A stretch of 52,349 nt of DNA from a candidate division FCPU426 bacterium (GTDB taxonomy: Bacteria; Oederibacteriota; Muellerivitia; Muellerivitales; Muellerivitaceae): assembly GCA_963830915.1 (NCBI GenBank), contig CAWHOE010000008.1:1-52349 (forward strand), read 5' to 3'. The position numbers were made by a program, and so were the translations under genes. The notes beneath the pieces were generated by a model. The model did not search any database, was not told the DNA's origin, and saw only the letters and a list, made by a program, of their open reading frames with translations. Positions 11,401 to 20,234 of the stretch are shown piece after piece (positions within the stretch are counted from its first letter, which is position 1; each line of letters opens with the position of its first letter).

Positions 11401-11992
11401 CCAGGTCCAGGATGCCACCCCTCATGGCGAACTGTCCCAATTGCACCACTTGATTGACCGGCTCATAGCCCATCGCCACCAACCGTTCCTTCAGGTCGGA
11501 AGGCGCCTCCTGACCTTTTCGCAGGATCATGACCTGGTCGAACCATTCTTCCGGCGGCAGGGTGCATTGCAGAACGCCCATCAAGGGCGCCACGACGACG
11601 CAGGGTTTCCCCTGGATCAACTGGTAGAAAACCCTTTGGCGGTCCCCGATGAGTTCCGGGTCGGGGGTTTCCACGTCCTGCGGAAGGATCTCCCATGAGG
11701 GACAGAGCAAGACCGATACCTCGGGCATCCAAGTGGAAAGGTCGTCCTGCAGGACCAGGGCCTCTTCCCGGGTGGGCGTGACGATAAGCCAGGGATGTTT
11801 CTCTTGGAGTTTTTGGTAGAACCAGGCGATCAAGAAAGCCTTGGCCGAGCCGGGGACACTGTGGATAAGGGTACGAGCGGTTCTATTGCGCAGAGGCGCC
11901 AGGACCTCTTCAGCGCTGGGCCAGGCGAATTTTTCCAGGTCGAAAGGGACCTTTAGTCCTGAAACTGGTTCGTGTTTGGGAATGCTTTCCAT
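8483..11992 (-). CDS. mfd: Transcription-repair coupling factor
   Basis: UvrB-like N-terminus (GQFAMRGGILD), CarD-like domain, DRLVCGDVGYGKTEVA, DEEHRFG, TATPIPRTL, QLKGRVGR, DMEIRGAGN, TRCF C-terminus; start chosen at MESIP. Confidence 0.97.
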   Translation of the reverse strand: MESIPKHEPVSGLKVPFDLEKFAWPSAEEVLAPLRNRTARTLIHSVPGSAKAFLIAWFYQKLQEKHPWLIVTPTREEALVLQDDLSTWMPEVSVLLCPSWEILPQDVETPDPELIGDRQRVFYQLIQGKPCVVVAPLMGVLQCTLPPEEWFDQVMILRKGQEAPSDLKERLVAMGYEPVNQVVQLGQFAMRGGILDLASPGSPSGPVRLEFFGDTLESVRPLDILNQRSSGNLEEVHVFPAHEIVLKDEARYNLRQALRDKIKAGTKEKPSRWATDALELFNQTRQFPGWQWQGVGALEKRACLFDYLPEDTRMLVMEPIAFERKWGEMQDLLAACNQQAKEDGADLFDSLDLFSDIKFIKKSFERGTAAGVSQLQQELFGKPADLEFAVPGRVMPPYYGKFATFTGDLAKWLADKYRVLIWCHNKGERERLSELLRQEKINPKDNPQISLILGEIEQGFVFDDINLYVMPDHDLFRRYRAGRHRRTRAVSGGKPLASLNEISIGDWTVHVDCGICLYRGLTPLTVDGVTRDYIQLEFADNEKIYLPTDQIALIQRYIGSEGSPVLSKLGGEQWSRTKAKIKREIEAVARELMALYSVRQVLKKKPFPGDTPWQTEFEDAFPYDLTPGQYTSTRDIKKDMESERVMDRLVCGDVGYGKTEVAMRAAFKAVQDKRQVAVLVPTTILAQQHYYTFKERMGEYPVEVQMLSRFRSRAEIHKTLELAKEGKVDILIGTHRLLTKDVKFANLGLLIIDEEHRFGVSQKEKLKALKHDVDVLTLTATPIPRTLHMSLSGIREISVIDTPPRNRRSVLVQVSPLDDRLVAEAIRREMNREGQVFYVHNHVKDIERIADRLHKLVPEAKLAVAHGQLTEHELEAIMMDFVDKEFHVLVCTSIIESGLDMPNVNTLIVERADSLGLAQLYQLKGRVGRTDRQAYAYFFYPRHVTLRELAQKRLEVLQDFSSLGSGMHIAMKDMEIRGAGNVLGTQQHGNMDSIGFELYSRLLSQQIAHMKGEEEDVDFTPTLSLGVSAYFPKEYITDEGLKIEFYRKLAEMDQDDQLAGIEEELKDRFGPLPVEAQMLLKVASFRPRVKGLGVQRLEAQGGWVSLQWHPDLAPTPEVVQKWMKQWPPTRIRFSSQDPNSISFRVAKGEEAQEARLASVEKLLKDLKLD

Positions 11993-12090
11993 TTCAATGA
12001 TCCCGGTTTTGTTGTAAACGCAAATAGGGCTTCCCGCGGCTCTTGCCGCAAGAAACCCTGACATGCTGCAAAAAATTTAATAGTGCGACA

Positions 12091-12166
12091 TACCGACCCT
12101 CATTTTTCCATTTTCAATGAGGTCGGCATAGTACCGATCACATTAATTCAAAATGGAAGATCGGTA
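12091..12166 (+). mobile_element. Double-hairpin mini-element (family A), variant copy
   Basis: CA|TACCGACC-loop-GGTCGGCA-TAG-TACCGATC-loop-GATCGGTA|CA; related copies at 36562, 38575, 48082, 48443, 50839. Confidence 0.75.
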
Positions 12167-12339
12167 CAAAGCAGCTTGTCACCCCAAAGATTCTGCAAGA
12201 ATCGTGGGGATACCGCAAATGTCGTCAGATGGAAAAGTCTGTTTTATGGACTTTTCCAGACCGAAATACGGTCGAAGTAATTAAAGTGCGAGTGAATCTT
12301 GCCTATATCAACTTCGAATGTCAAGGCGGGAAGAATCTC

Positions 12340-12744
12340 TCATCGCGTCACGATATTGGAACCTATCCGGATGGCCCAAACCAGGAACATCAAGAAAACC
12401 AGAACCGGGAAAAAAGCGTTCGCCTGGACGACACGCTCGATGGGTTTGGATATCCGAGGCAACCTCTCAAAAACCAATGGTCTCAGGAAACCGTAAAGGG
12501 CGAGAGCGTACCAAACATAGCCGAAGGGGTTGAACCCCCAGGCTTCTTTCCAAAGGCCGTGGGAAATGCAAAGGAAGGACCTGGTCAAACCGCAACCAGG
12601 GCATGGGAGATGGGTCAAACCGTAGAACCAACAAAAATTCCCTTGGGGCAGCGCGTTCAGGGGACAACAAAAACTCACCAGAAGCGCCCCGGCGCACATG
12701 CCCCAAAGGGAATGGGAAAGAATTCGCTCTAACCCGGATTTCAC
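12340..12744 (-). CDS. DUF2752-family membrane protein
   Basis: CWFYGLTHLPCPGCGLTRSF...G.W.EAW.FNP motif. Confidence 0.85.
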   Translation of the reverse strand: MKSGLERILSHSLWGMCAGALLVSFCCPLNALPQGNFCWFYGLTHLPCPGCGLTRSFLCISHGLWKEAWGFNPFGYVWYALALYGFLRPLVFERLPRISKPIERVVQANAFFPVLVFLMFLVWAIRIGSNIVTR

Positions 12745-12749
12745 CGGTT

Positions 12750-13193
12750 TTAGGCGGCTTTGATCTTGTTCTTCAACTCATAGGCCTTGACCAGATAAAC
12801 GATGAGCAGGACCAGGGAAGCCGGCCCGGCCACATAATTCACGCAAGGGATGATGCAGCAGCAGGTGGCGATGCAATAGCCCAAGGCGACCTTGGCGTAG
12901 CAATCCCCCACCGACGTGTCCCCTACGGAGTCGAAATAGGCCTTGAACGACTTGGAGAGGCCGGGATACACGAAGAAGATCCAAACGATATTGAAACAGG
13001 GGATCATCATAAGCCAGACCTTGCCCGGAGTCATGGCCCGGAATTTCGCGGGAATGGCCTCGTAGCACTTCGATACCAGATAACAGATAACGGCGCAGAG
13101 GGCCAACCCGACTAGAAGACCCACCAGGATGACGATCCCCATGACACCGAATAGCACCGAGGGATCGAAATGATTCGGATCAAAATTGGTCAT
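12750..13193 (-). CDS. Hypothetical membrane protein (DUF4328-like)
   Basis: AAGGAG RBS; hydrophobic helices; MTPGKVWLMMIPCFNIVW motif. Confidence 0.75.
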   Translation of the reverse strand: MTNFDPNHFDPSVLFGVMGIVILVGLLVGLALCAVICYLVSKCYEAIPAKFRAMTPGKVWLMMIPCFNIVWIFFVYPGLSKSFKAYFDSVGDTSVGDCYAKVALGYCIATCCCIIPCVNYVAGPASLVLLIVYLVKAYELKNKIKAA

Positions 13194-13340
13194 ATAAACT
13201 CCTTCGCGATAGAAATAACGAACAAGAGCATCCTACACAAGAACGGGCCCTTGTTCATCTTGAAATTCTTCCCTGATTCCCATCGCCCCGGAAAATGACC
13301 TGGATGTTTCGTGAAAGCCTCGCAAAAGTAAAATGCCAAT

Positions 13341-13368
13341 AAAAAAGCCCGTCTGGCAGGGCGGGCTC
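13341..13368 (-). terminator. Intrinsic terminator after the small zinc-finger gene
   Basis: Minus strand agcccg-loop-cgggct followed by T run. Confidence 0.8.
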
Positions 13369-13390
13369 ATGTTCCAACGTGAACTTTCGC

Positions 13391-13549
13391 TTATCTATCA
13401 GCGCTCAAGGACGGCACCAAGGTCAGAAGGAATATGCACTCAGGGCAATACAACAAGTGGTATTCCACATCGGCCTTTTCCGAATCCTCAAGTTTCCCTT
13501 CCCTGTAAAGGTCCAGCATTTTTTCGATCTTCTTGCAATTCTCATCCAT
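13391..13549 (-). CDS. 52-aa zf-HC2 (ZAS anti-sigma type) zinc-finger protein; not in the ORF track
   Basis: Hand translation MDENCKKIEKMLDLYREGKLEDSEKADVEYHLLYCPECIFLLTLVPSLSADR with C...HxxxCxxC; GAGGGGAG RBS; own terminator. Confidence 0.8.
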   Translation of the reverse strand: MDENCKKIEKMLDLYREGKLEDSEKADVEYHLLYCPECIFLLTLVPSLSADR

Positions 13550-13639
13550 GGCTCCCCTCGCTTTCCGGCATCAGAAACAATGCCCAAACGTTGATGTTTT
13601 ATTGGCGTCGCTTTCAAGCGGGCGGTTGTCTTAATAAAA

Positions 13640-13656
13640 GGCATCAACCATGCCAA
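13640..13656 (-). promoter_or_regulatory. Candidate sigma-54 (-24/-12) promoter
   Basis: Minus strand TTGGCATGGTTGATGCC, GG-N10-GC spacing, about 90 bp upstream of the zf-HC2 gene. Confidence 0.55.
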
Positions 13657-13810
13657 AGACAATTGGGCTTTTCCTTGATATTTAGACGCTTCAAAAATGC
13701 TTTTATTCCCGGAAAGGCGACTTAAAACAATAAAAGCCACAAATTTGGCTTTCGAGTCCGATTTTTAACCAGGGATGGATGAGGGAATAAGAAGGGTAGG
13801 AAAAAGCCGT

Positions 13811-14479
13811 TTAAAAGGTGGGGAAATTAACACCTGGATGGAACAAAACCAGCACCAGGGTCAGGGCCAGCGCCGAACCGATAGGGACGGTCAGGTTATC
13901 ATCCACATCGAAAGAGAAAAGCTCGACCAGGGCTCCCGCGATGGCCCCCAGAACAGCGATCTGAAGATCGCCAAATAGAGCGAAAGCGACCACGAAAGCC
14001 ACGGTAAAAAAAGCGATGCTTCCTTCCAATGACCTTTCAAATATCCGAAGACGCCCGAAATTCTTCCCGCCCAATTCAGCGGCGGCGTCCCCAAGGGAAA
14101 GGAAGAACATGGCGGTGATCGCCACGGTCCTGGGGAAAAGGAGTACGACCACGAAAAATGCCAGGCAAAGGAAAGTGGACCCGTTGAACTTGTCCACCTC
14201 GGTCTTGCGGATGAGGAAGGCGAAAAGACCCATGAACCAGGAATTGAATTTCTTATCCATCAACCGGGCCAGGTCCAGGAGGAAGGAACCGGCGAAGCAG
14301 GTCCCGGATATGATCAATATCCATTTCCTGGTTTCCGGGAAGGTGAAATGCAGCGGGGGGTAAAGATAGGCCAAGGGGAACATGGAGGAAGCCAAGACAT
14401 GATAGACCTTGCGGAAGCCCTGGAAAGGTTTCCGGACAGGTTCGGTTGAGGTGTCGGTAATGGTGTTGGTAATCGTCAA
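13811..14479 (-). CDS. Dolichol/phytol kinase-family membrane protein
   Basis: RKVYHV, LSLGDAAAELGGKNFG, RSLEGSIAFF, DDNLTVP motifs. Confidence 0.85.
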   Translation of the reverse strand: MTITNTITDTSTEPVRKPFQGFRKVYHVLASSMFPLAYLYPPLHFTFPETRKWILIISGTCFAGSFLLDLARLMDKKFNSWFMGLFAFLIRKTEVDKFNGSTFLCLAFFVVVLLFPRTVAITAMFFLSLGDAAAELGGKNFGRLRIFERSLEGSIAFFTVAFVVAFALFGDLQIAVLGAIAGALVELFSFDVDDNLTVPIGSALALTLVLVLFHPGVNFPTF

Positions 14480-14584
14480 GTTGTCCCCTTTTCTTGTGTT
14501 CTAGACCGACCAAAAATACCACTTTGGCCCTGGATTTGGAACAGCTGTTTGAATCGGTGGATTTGCCAAGGACTTTTCCCCCGG

Positions 14585-15253
14585 TTACGGCCGGGAGGCC
14601 CTTTTTGATTTTTCCAGGAAATAAGTCAAATGCTCCAATTCGGAGGCCAGATCCACGTTCCGGACCAGGACCGATTTAGGATAGTTGAGCAGACAAGGGG
14701 CGAAGTTCAGGATGGCCCGGATGCCGCCATCCACCAGCTCGTCGGCAGTTCTCTGGGCCTGGCTAGCGGGCACGGCCATGACCGCGATCTCGATCTTTTT
14801 TTCCCTCACGATGGTGCGGATGGCGGAGGCGGCCCAGATCCGGACCCCCTCCAGTTCCCAACCCACTTTGGAAGGATCCACATCGAAAGCCGCCTCGATC
14901 TTGAACCCGGCCTTGGCGAAACCCCCGTATTGAAGAAGGGCGGTGCCTAGATTCCCCGCTCCCACCAGGGCAATACCCCAGGTTTTGTGAAGCCCCAGGA
15001 TCTCCCGCATCTTGACGTCAAGCTTTCGGACCTCATATCCAATGCCCCGGCGGCCGAACTGCCCGAAGTAGGCCAGGTCCTTGCGCACCTGGGAAGGATT
15101 GATGCCCGAGACCCCCGCCAATTCCTTGGAGGAGATGATCGTATGGTTCTTCCTCTCGAACTCATTGAAGCTTCTCAAATAGCGGGGAAGCCGGGCGATG
15201 GTCGGTTCGGGAATATTCTGATTTTTGGCTTGGGATGTAGCGCGTTTGGGCAT
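14585..15253 (-). CDS. rex: Redox-sensing transcriptional repressor Rex
   Basis: IPEPTIARLPRYLR, SQVRKDLAYFGQFGRRGIGY, VGAGNLGTAL, ILNFAP. Confidence 0.95.
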   Translation of the reverse strand: MPKRATSQAKNQNIPEPTIARLPRYLRSFNEFERKNHTIISSKELAGVSGINPSQVRKDLAYFGQFGRRGIGYEVRKLDVKMREILGLHKTWGIALVGAGNLGTALLQYGGFAKAGFKIEAAFDVDPSKVGWELEGVRIWAASAIRTIVREKKIEIAVMAVPASQAQRTADELVDGGIRAILNFAPCLLNYPKSVLVRNVDLASELEHLTYFLEKSKRASRP

Positions 15254-15326
15254 GTGGACCTTTCGCTGTAACAAGTTCTAAGTTATGGAAATTTTATTCT
15301 GATCCGGGTTTAAAAATATTCACGTA

Positions 15327-15500
15327 CTCAACTTTGGCAAATCCTAAAAGGTACGTCGCCTGAGATTACCCCCCCTTTTTGAAAAAGGGGGGAAGGGGGG
15401 TATTAGGCGTTGCCGATGCGATTTGAAAAGACTAACTCCCCCTTTGTCCCCCTCTTTCAGAGGGGAAAATAGGACGACTCCAAAAGTTGCCAAAGTTGGG
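15327..15500. mobile_element. 174-bp MITE-like element containing a poly-C/poly-G hairpin module (family C)
   Basis: TIRs CTCAACTTTGGCAA / TTGCCAAAGTTGGG (13 of 14), flanks CACGTA / CACGAA; interior matches 50946-51129 in inverted orientation. Confidence 0.7.
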
Positions 15501-15551
15501 CACGAACTCAAAACTTCCAACTAAGAACTCAGAACTGTTTTTTGGAGGGGA

Positions 15552-16034
15552 TCACCACTCGTCCATCGTGGAGCGCTGGGGGAATACCCTCTGTTCCTCG
15601 ATGAACTGGGCCCGCCGGTGCAGGGCCTCCGCCACCTTGTCCTTCATGGCATTGAGCTTGAAAGGCTTGGCCAGGTAATCGCAGGCGCCCTTGCGCAAGG
15701 ACTCGATGCCGACGGAGAAGGACCCGTAAGCGGTCATGATAATGACGAAGATCTTTTTGTCCCGGACCTTCAGGTACTGCAAAAGCTCCAGCCCGGTCAT
15801 TTCAGGCATGCGCAGATCCACCAGGGCCAGGTCATAGGAATGTTTCCTCTGCAAAGCGATAGCCTGGGTGGCGCTGGTCGCGGCGTCGACCCGGTAGCCC
15901 GATTGGCTCAGGCTTTTCTGAATGAGCGTGGCGAAATCCGCCTCGTCATCCACCACCAGGATTTGGGCCTTCGACGGAGCCTTTGGTTTGAGCGCCTTGG
16001 GGCGGATGGCCTTCTTCGGCTTGACTGCTTTCAT
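15552..16034 (-). CDS. Stand-alone receiver response regulator
   Basis: ILVVDDE, DLALVDLRMPEMTGLEL, IIMTAYG, GACDYLAKPF. Confidence 0.92.
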   Translation of the reverse strand: MKAVKPKKAIRPKALKPKAPSKAQILVVDDEADFATLIQKSLSQSGYRVDAATSATQAIALQRKHSYDLALVDLRMPEMTGLELLQYLKVRDKKIFVIIMTAYGSFSVGIESLRKGACDYLAKPFKLNAMKDKVAEALHRRAQFIEEQRVFPQRSTMDEW

Positions 16035-16035
16035 C

Positions 16036-17451
16036 TTACAAGTCCTTTCCGAGCGGGATGGTCCCATTATAGTTGAAAGTTCCCTCCCCTTCCCCACCTA
16101 GTCCATCCCCCTTTTCAAGGCTCACGCCTTCGGTCGGGAAAAGCAGGATGAACGACGTCCCTTCCCCGACCCGGCTTTCCACCTTGATCTCCCCCCGATG
16201 CTCGTCCACGATACGTTTGACGATGGCCAATCCCAAACCCGTGCCCTTGCCGAATCCCTTGGTGGAATAAAAAGGCTCGAAGATCTTCTTGAGCTCCGTC
16301 GGGGGAATGCCCCGGCCCGTGTCCTTGACCACCAGTCGTATTTCCCCTCGCCGATCCTGAGCGCTGAGACGCACCGGGCGGTATTGGAAATGGGCGGATA
16401 GGGTGACGATCCCGCCTGGCTGGATGGAGTCGATGGCGTTCTCCAGCAGGTTCAGCACGACCTGGAACACCCCCTCGGTGTAGGCCATGACCTCCGGAAG
16501 CTCCGGGTCCACATCCAGGATCAGCTTACCCTCGGTGGTTTTAAGCTTCGGCTGGACCGACATGACCGCCGCCTGGATCACCCGGGGGAAGGAAACCTTC
16601 TTGATCTCCGAAGTGCTTAGCCTGCCGAAATCCAAGGTGTCCCTCACGGTCCGGATGGCCCTTTGGACGTACTGGTCGATCTGGACCAACTGCTTGTAGA
16701 CTTTCCCGTCCTTTCGGGTCTCGGCCATGAGCATCTCCAAGTTCCCCGAGATCAGGCCCAGGGGCGTATTGACCCCGTGGGCGATACGGCCTGTCAGTTC
16801 CCCCATCTGGATGAAATGACGCTTTTGCTCCAGGTTCTTTTCCTTCACCCGGAGATTCTCTTCCCTTTCCCAGACCTGCCTCATGAGGATGGCGCAGAGC
16901 ATGGCGATCAAGGTGTAAAAGATGGTCCAGCGCAACGCCTGATGCCAGTAGATCGACAGGCGGACCGGCGGGGTGGAGCTCTCGACGATCTTGGAGATGA
17001 AGTTGATCTCCCCTGTGTCGAAGGAAGCCGGGATGTGCCAGATGAAATCCAGATAAAAGACGCCCATCATGATGGAAAAAACAAGGGTAACGACCCATAC
17101 GGCCGTGCGGGGAGGGAGTAAAAGGATGGAACTGATGGGAAGGAGGAGGAAAAAGGCCGCGTAAAAACTGACCGGACCGCCCGAGATGGAAACCCATAAG
17201 CCCAGCATGAGCGCGTCGAGCAGGATGACCGCCGGGATCAAGGCCCCGGTCAAGCGTTTGAGCCTGCCCAGGACGACGAAAACCAGGGTGAGAAAGATCG
17301 CGAAGATGATGATCCCTAAACCCTCGGTGACCGCCGCCGCCGCTTTGTTATCCTCGGCCACATACCACAGGAACATCATCAGGATCAGGCAGATCATCCT
17401 GGCCCGCAATAGGTAGCGAAGGGATTTGGAATTGGTCTCGGCTGACGGCAT
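16036..17451 (-). CDS. Membrane sensor histidine kinase
   Basis: Several TM helices, H-box IAHGVNTPL, QVVLNLLENAIDS, DTGRGI, FEPFYSTK..GKGTGLGL. Confidence 0.92.
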   Translation of the reverse strand: MPSAETNSKSLRYLLRARMICLILMMFLWYVAEDNKAAAAVTEGLGIIIFAIFLTLVFVVLGRLKRLTGALIPAVILLDALMLGLWVSISGGPVSFYAAFFLLLPISSILLLPPRTAVWVVTLVFSIMMGVFYLDFIWHIPASFDTGEINFISKIVESSTPPVRLSIYWHQALRWTIFYTLIAMLCAILMRQVWEREENLRVKEKNLEQKRHFIQMGELTGRIAHGVNTPLGLISGNLEMLMAETRKDGKVYKQLVQIDQYVQRAIRTVRDTLDFGRLSTSEIKKVSFPRVIQAAVMSVQPKLKTTEGKLILDVDPELPEVMAYTEGVFQVVLNLLENAIDSIQPGGIVTLSAHFQYRPVRLSAQDRRGEIRLVVKDTGRGIPPTELKKIFEPFYSTKGFGKGTGLGLAIVKRIVDEHRGEIKVESRVGEGTSFILLFPTEGVSLEKGDGLGGEGEGTFNYNGTIPLGKDL

Positions 17452-17492
17452 AGGCTCCTCAAATGATCACGGCTATAAAATGAATCCTACGG

Positions 17493-17831
17493 TCATCGTC
17501 CCTTGTTTTTTTGGACCGTTCCCAGGCTTTTCTTGATCCAGTCCAGATAAGGACGGTGACCCGCCGCCACCGGCAGGGCCAGCACCTCGCAGACTTGATA
17601 GGGATGATGGTCCCCGACCCACTGAATGAGGGCTTTCAACCGGCCCTGATGGGTCTTGGCGATCAATAATTCTTCCTGGGCTGTCTGGACCTTGCCCTCC
17701 CACCAGTAACGGCTGGAAATGTTCGGGACGCGGTTGACGCAGGCGGCCAGCTTCTTGCCGACCAGGTCCTTGGATAACCGCTCGCTTACCTTGCGGTTCG
17801 GGGTGGTGATCAGGACAACGAAGGGCTTCAT
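17493..17831 (-). CDS. cutA: Divalent-cation tolerance protein CutA
   Basis: KKLAACVN, SRYWWEGKV, EELLIAKT, HHPYQVCEV. Confidence 0.92.
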   Translation of the reverse strand: MKPFVVLITTPNRKVSERLSKDLVGKKLAACVNRVPNISSRYWWEGKVQTAQEELLIAKTHQGRLKALIQWVGDHHPYQVCEVLALPVAAGHRPYLDWIKKSLGTVQKNKGR

Positions 17832-19057
17832 GACGTCTTTTCGCCCTCCGCGGCGCCCAGGTGATACATCCTTTCCCCATTGGCCTGCAGGGTCGTCTTG
17901 CCGGCGGGGGGAAGGGATAAACCTTCCCGGATGTCCCTGGAACCCGGCAGGGTGTAGACCTTCACCCCGTCGGCGACCTCCGCCACCTCGGCCAGCCGGT
18001 TCTTGGAAAGGATCTCCAGCCGCCGGGAGATGGAGATCATATCCAGTCCCATGAAGGACTGGAGGTCGGAGTTGGACGCGACCGCCCGCCCGGATTTGGC
18101 GAGGAAATAGAGGAGCTTCTTGCAGACCAGGTCCAATTTAAGGTATTCATTGACCGAATCGAACAGGTCCTGGAATTCCACCCGATCCCCCCCGCGCTTG
18201 AAGGAACAGTACATGGCTTCCGAGAGCAGGAACAGGAATCGGCGGGGGTTCCCCGCGGAAAGGGCCAGCGCCAGGGTCAAGGCCTCCGGTTCCAGGAAGG
18301 ATTCCCGGGACCCCTTGAAACCGGCCTTCTCCAGCCGGAGGGAAAGGATGGCCGTCAATTCCGCTTTCGAGAACTTCTCGACCAGGACGATGTTCTTGAA
18401 CAAACCCAGGACCGTCGGCTCCGCCCCTTCCTTCACGACGTCGCTGACCTTGGAATAGAACTCCTCCTGCAGGGCCATCAGGAACGCGACATTCGGGAGT
18501 TCCAACAGGGGCTTGAGTTCCTCCAGGATCTGGAGCGTCCTTTCCGAACGGGTCAGGTGATGGATCCGGTCCCCCTTGATCTTCTCCAGGTCGTCCACGA
18601 AGACCAGCAGGGGTTTCTTGAGATGCAGGATGATGTTCTTGATGATGGAAAAGATCAGGTTCTTGCTCAAGGTCTCCTTTTCCATCCTGCGGGAGACTTC
18701 CTCCAGTTTCAGACCCGGCACCTTGGGGATGATGACCAGCGTTTCCCGCAACAGTTCGGAAAGGAAATAGGTGGCGTCGTCCAGGGGGACCCCGATGGTC
18801 ACGGCGTGGAACTCTTTCGGGACCCGGCTCCTCATCAACTGCATGAGGCTGCTTTTCCCCATCCCCGGTTCCCCCGCAACCCCGACGTTCGAGAGGGAGA
18901 AGAAAACGGACGAAAGCCGGTCGACCAGGGCTTTCCTTCCGACGAAATAATCCAGGTTGTGTCCCTGGAGGGAAAGGGTGGTGAAGGGGTCGTTCCTCAA
19001 CCCGAAATGCCGAAAGGCGGTCAGGTGTGGCCGGCGCTGGGCGGGTTTCTTTTTCAT
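17828..19057 (-). CDS. P-loop AAA ATPase with C-terminal winged-helix-like region
   Basis: FGLRNDPF, FVGR, Walker A GEPGMGKS, Walker B LVFVDDLEK, SAGNPRR. Confidence 0.8.
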   Translation of the reverse strand: MKKKPAQRRPHLTAFRHFGLRNDPFTTLSLQGHNLDYFVGRKALVDRLSSVFFSLSNVGVAGEPGMGKSSLMQLMRSRVPKEFHAVTIGVPLDDATYFLSELLRETLVIIPKVPGLKLEEVSRRMEKETLSKNLIFSIIKNIILHLKKPLLVFVDDLEKIKGDRIHHLTRSERTLQILEELKPLLELPNVAFLMALQEEFYSKVSDVVKEGAEPTVLGLFKNIVLVEKFSKAELTAILSLRLEKAGFKGSRESFLEPEALTLALALSAGNPRRFLFLLSEAMYCSFKRGGDRVEFQDLFDSVNEYLKLDLVCKKLLYFLAKSGRAVASNSDLQSFMGLDMISISRRLEILSKNRLAEVAEVADGVKVYTLPGSRDIREGLSLPPAGKTTLQANGERMYHLGAAEGEKTS

Positions 19058-19085
19058 GGGAGTGATTTTTCGCTCATGGAGGATG

Positions 19086-20128
19086 TCATCGGCCCATCGT
19101 CAATCGTTCGCCGACAACCTCATAAGGGATATGCATACCCGACTTCCCCTTGATCTGGACGGCCGGGCAGGGCCGTCATCTCGAAGAAGTCCTGGGACAC
19201 CTCGGCCATTTCCTCGTTCACCAGGATTTGTCCGTGCTTGGCGATGCCGCAGAGGCGGGAAGCCAGATTGACCGTGTCGCCGATGAGGGTGAATTCCATG
19301 CGGTTGGCCGAGCCCAGGTTCCCCACGATGGCCGTACCCGCCGTGACGCCGATCCCTAGACCGATCTCCACCGGCTGGCTGTAGGACGACCTTGAAGGCC
19401 TGGTTCAACAAAGCGAAACGGTCCTGCATCCGAAGGGCGGTCCGAAGGACCAACTTGGCCGCTTCCCCCTCGTTGCTGTAGGGCCGGCGGAAATAGGCGA
19501 AGATGGCGTCCCCGATATATTTGTTGATGTCGCCCCCGTTCTGGGTGATGACCTCTTCCATGGCCGTGAACATTTTGTTGAGGATCTCGACCGTTTCCTG
19601 GGGTTGGAGCTGTTCGGCCATTCGGGTGAAACTCCGGACGTCTGAAAAAAGCACATAGACCCTGCGCGACTCCCCGCCCAGCTCCGAACGGGCGGCTTTC
19701 TCGGTGGCTTTGGAGGAAACATTGGACCCCACATATTTCTCAAGGGTTTGCTGGGTATCCTTCGCCCTTTCCCGAAGGGTCTGGTACTCGGCGGCGGCGG
19801 CCCTGAAAAGCCTCTCCCGGTTCTGATCGACATTCCATGGCATGTTGCTTTTGATCTTGGTGAAGTTGAAGGAAATCATCTGGTTGGACAGCATCAACTC
19901 CTGGAGTTTCATGACCCAGTTGGACTTTTGCCGCCAGGCGATGAACCCCCACCAGAAAAGCAGGAGGAATAGGGTCCCCACGACTATCGCCTCCACGATG
20001 ACCGGATCGTTGATGAATTGGGCTGCGATGATCCCGGCCCCGACCGAACAGAGGGCAAGCAGGATCAAAACGGGCAAGATGCCCTTGAGGTAGTCCTGGA
20101 TGTTCTTTTTAACGGCTGGGGAGATCAT
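19086..20128 (-). CDS. Class III adenylate/guanylate cyclase with two N-terminal TM helices; frameshifts near 19385 and 19165
   Basis: VLFSDVRSFT, INKYIGDAI, then IGLGI..G.AIVGNLGS..RMEFTLIGDTVNLASRL in a second frame and QIKGKSG in a third, stop at 19086. Confidence 0.88.
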
Positions 20129-20234
20129 CTTTCATGGCCTTTGCGAAAAATCCTTTGGATGGGTTTAGTTTATCGCAAATGGGAAAGAATGACATATTGA
20201 AAAGGTCCGGCTGGGACGGATGGATAGACACGGT

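Noticed and set aside
15300..15326. Rex operator upstream of rex
   Set aside because: Only one TTCAC half resembles TTGTGAA-N4-TTCACAA
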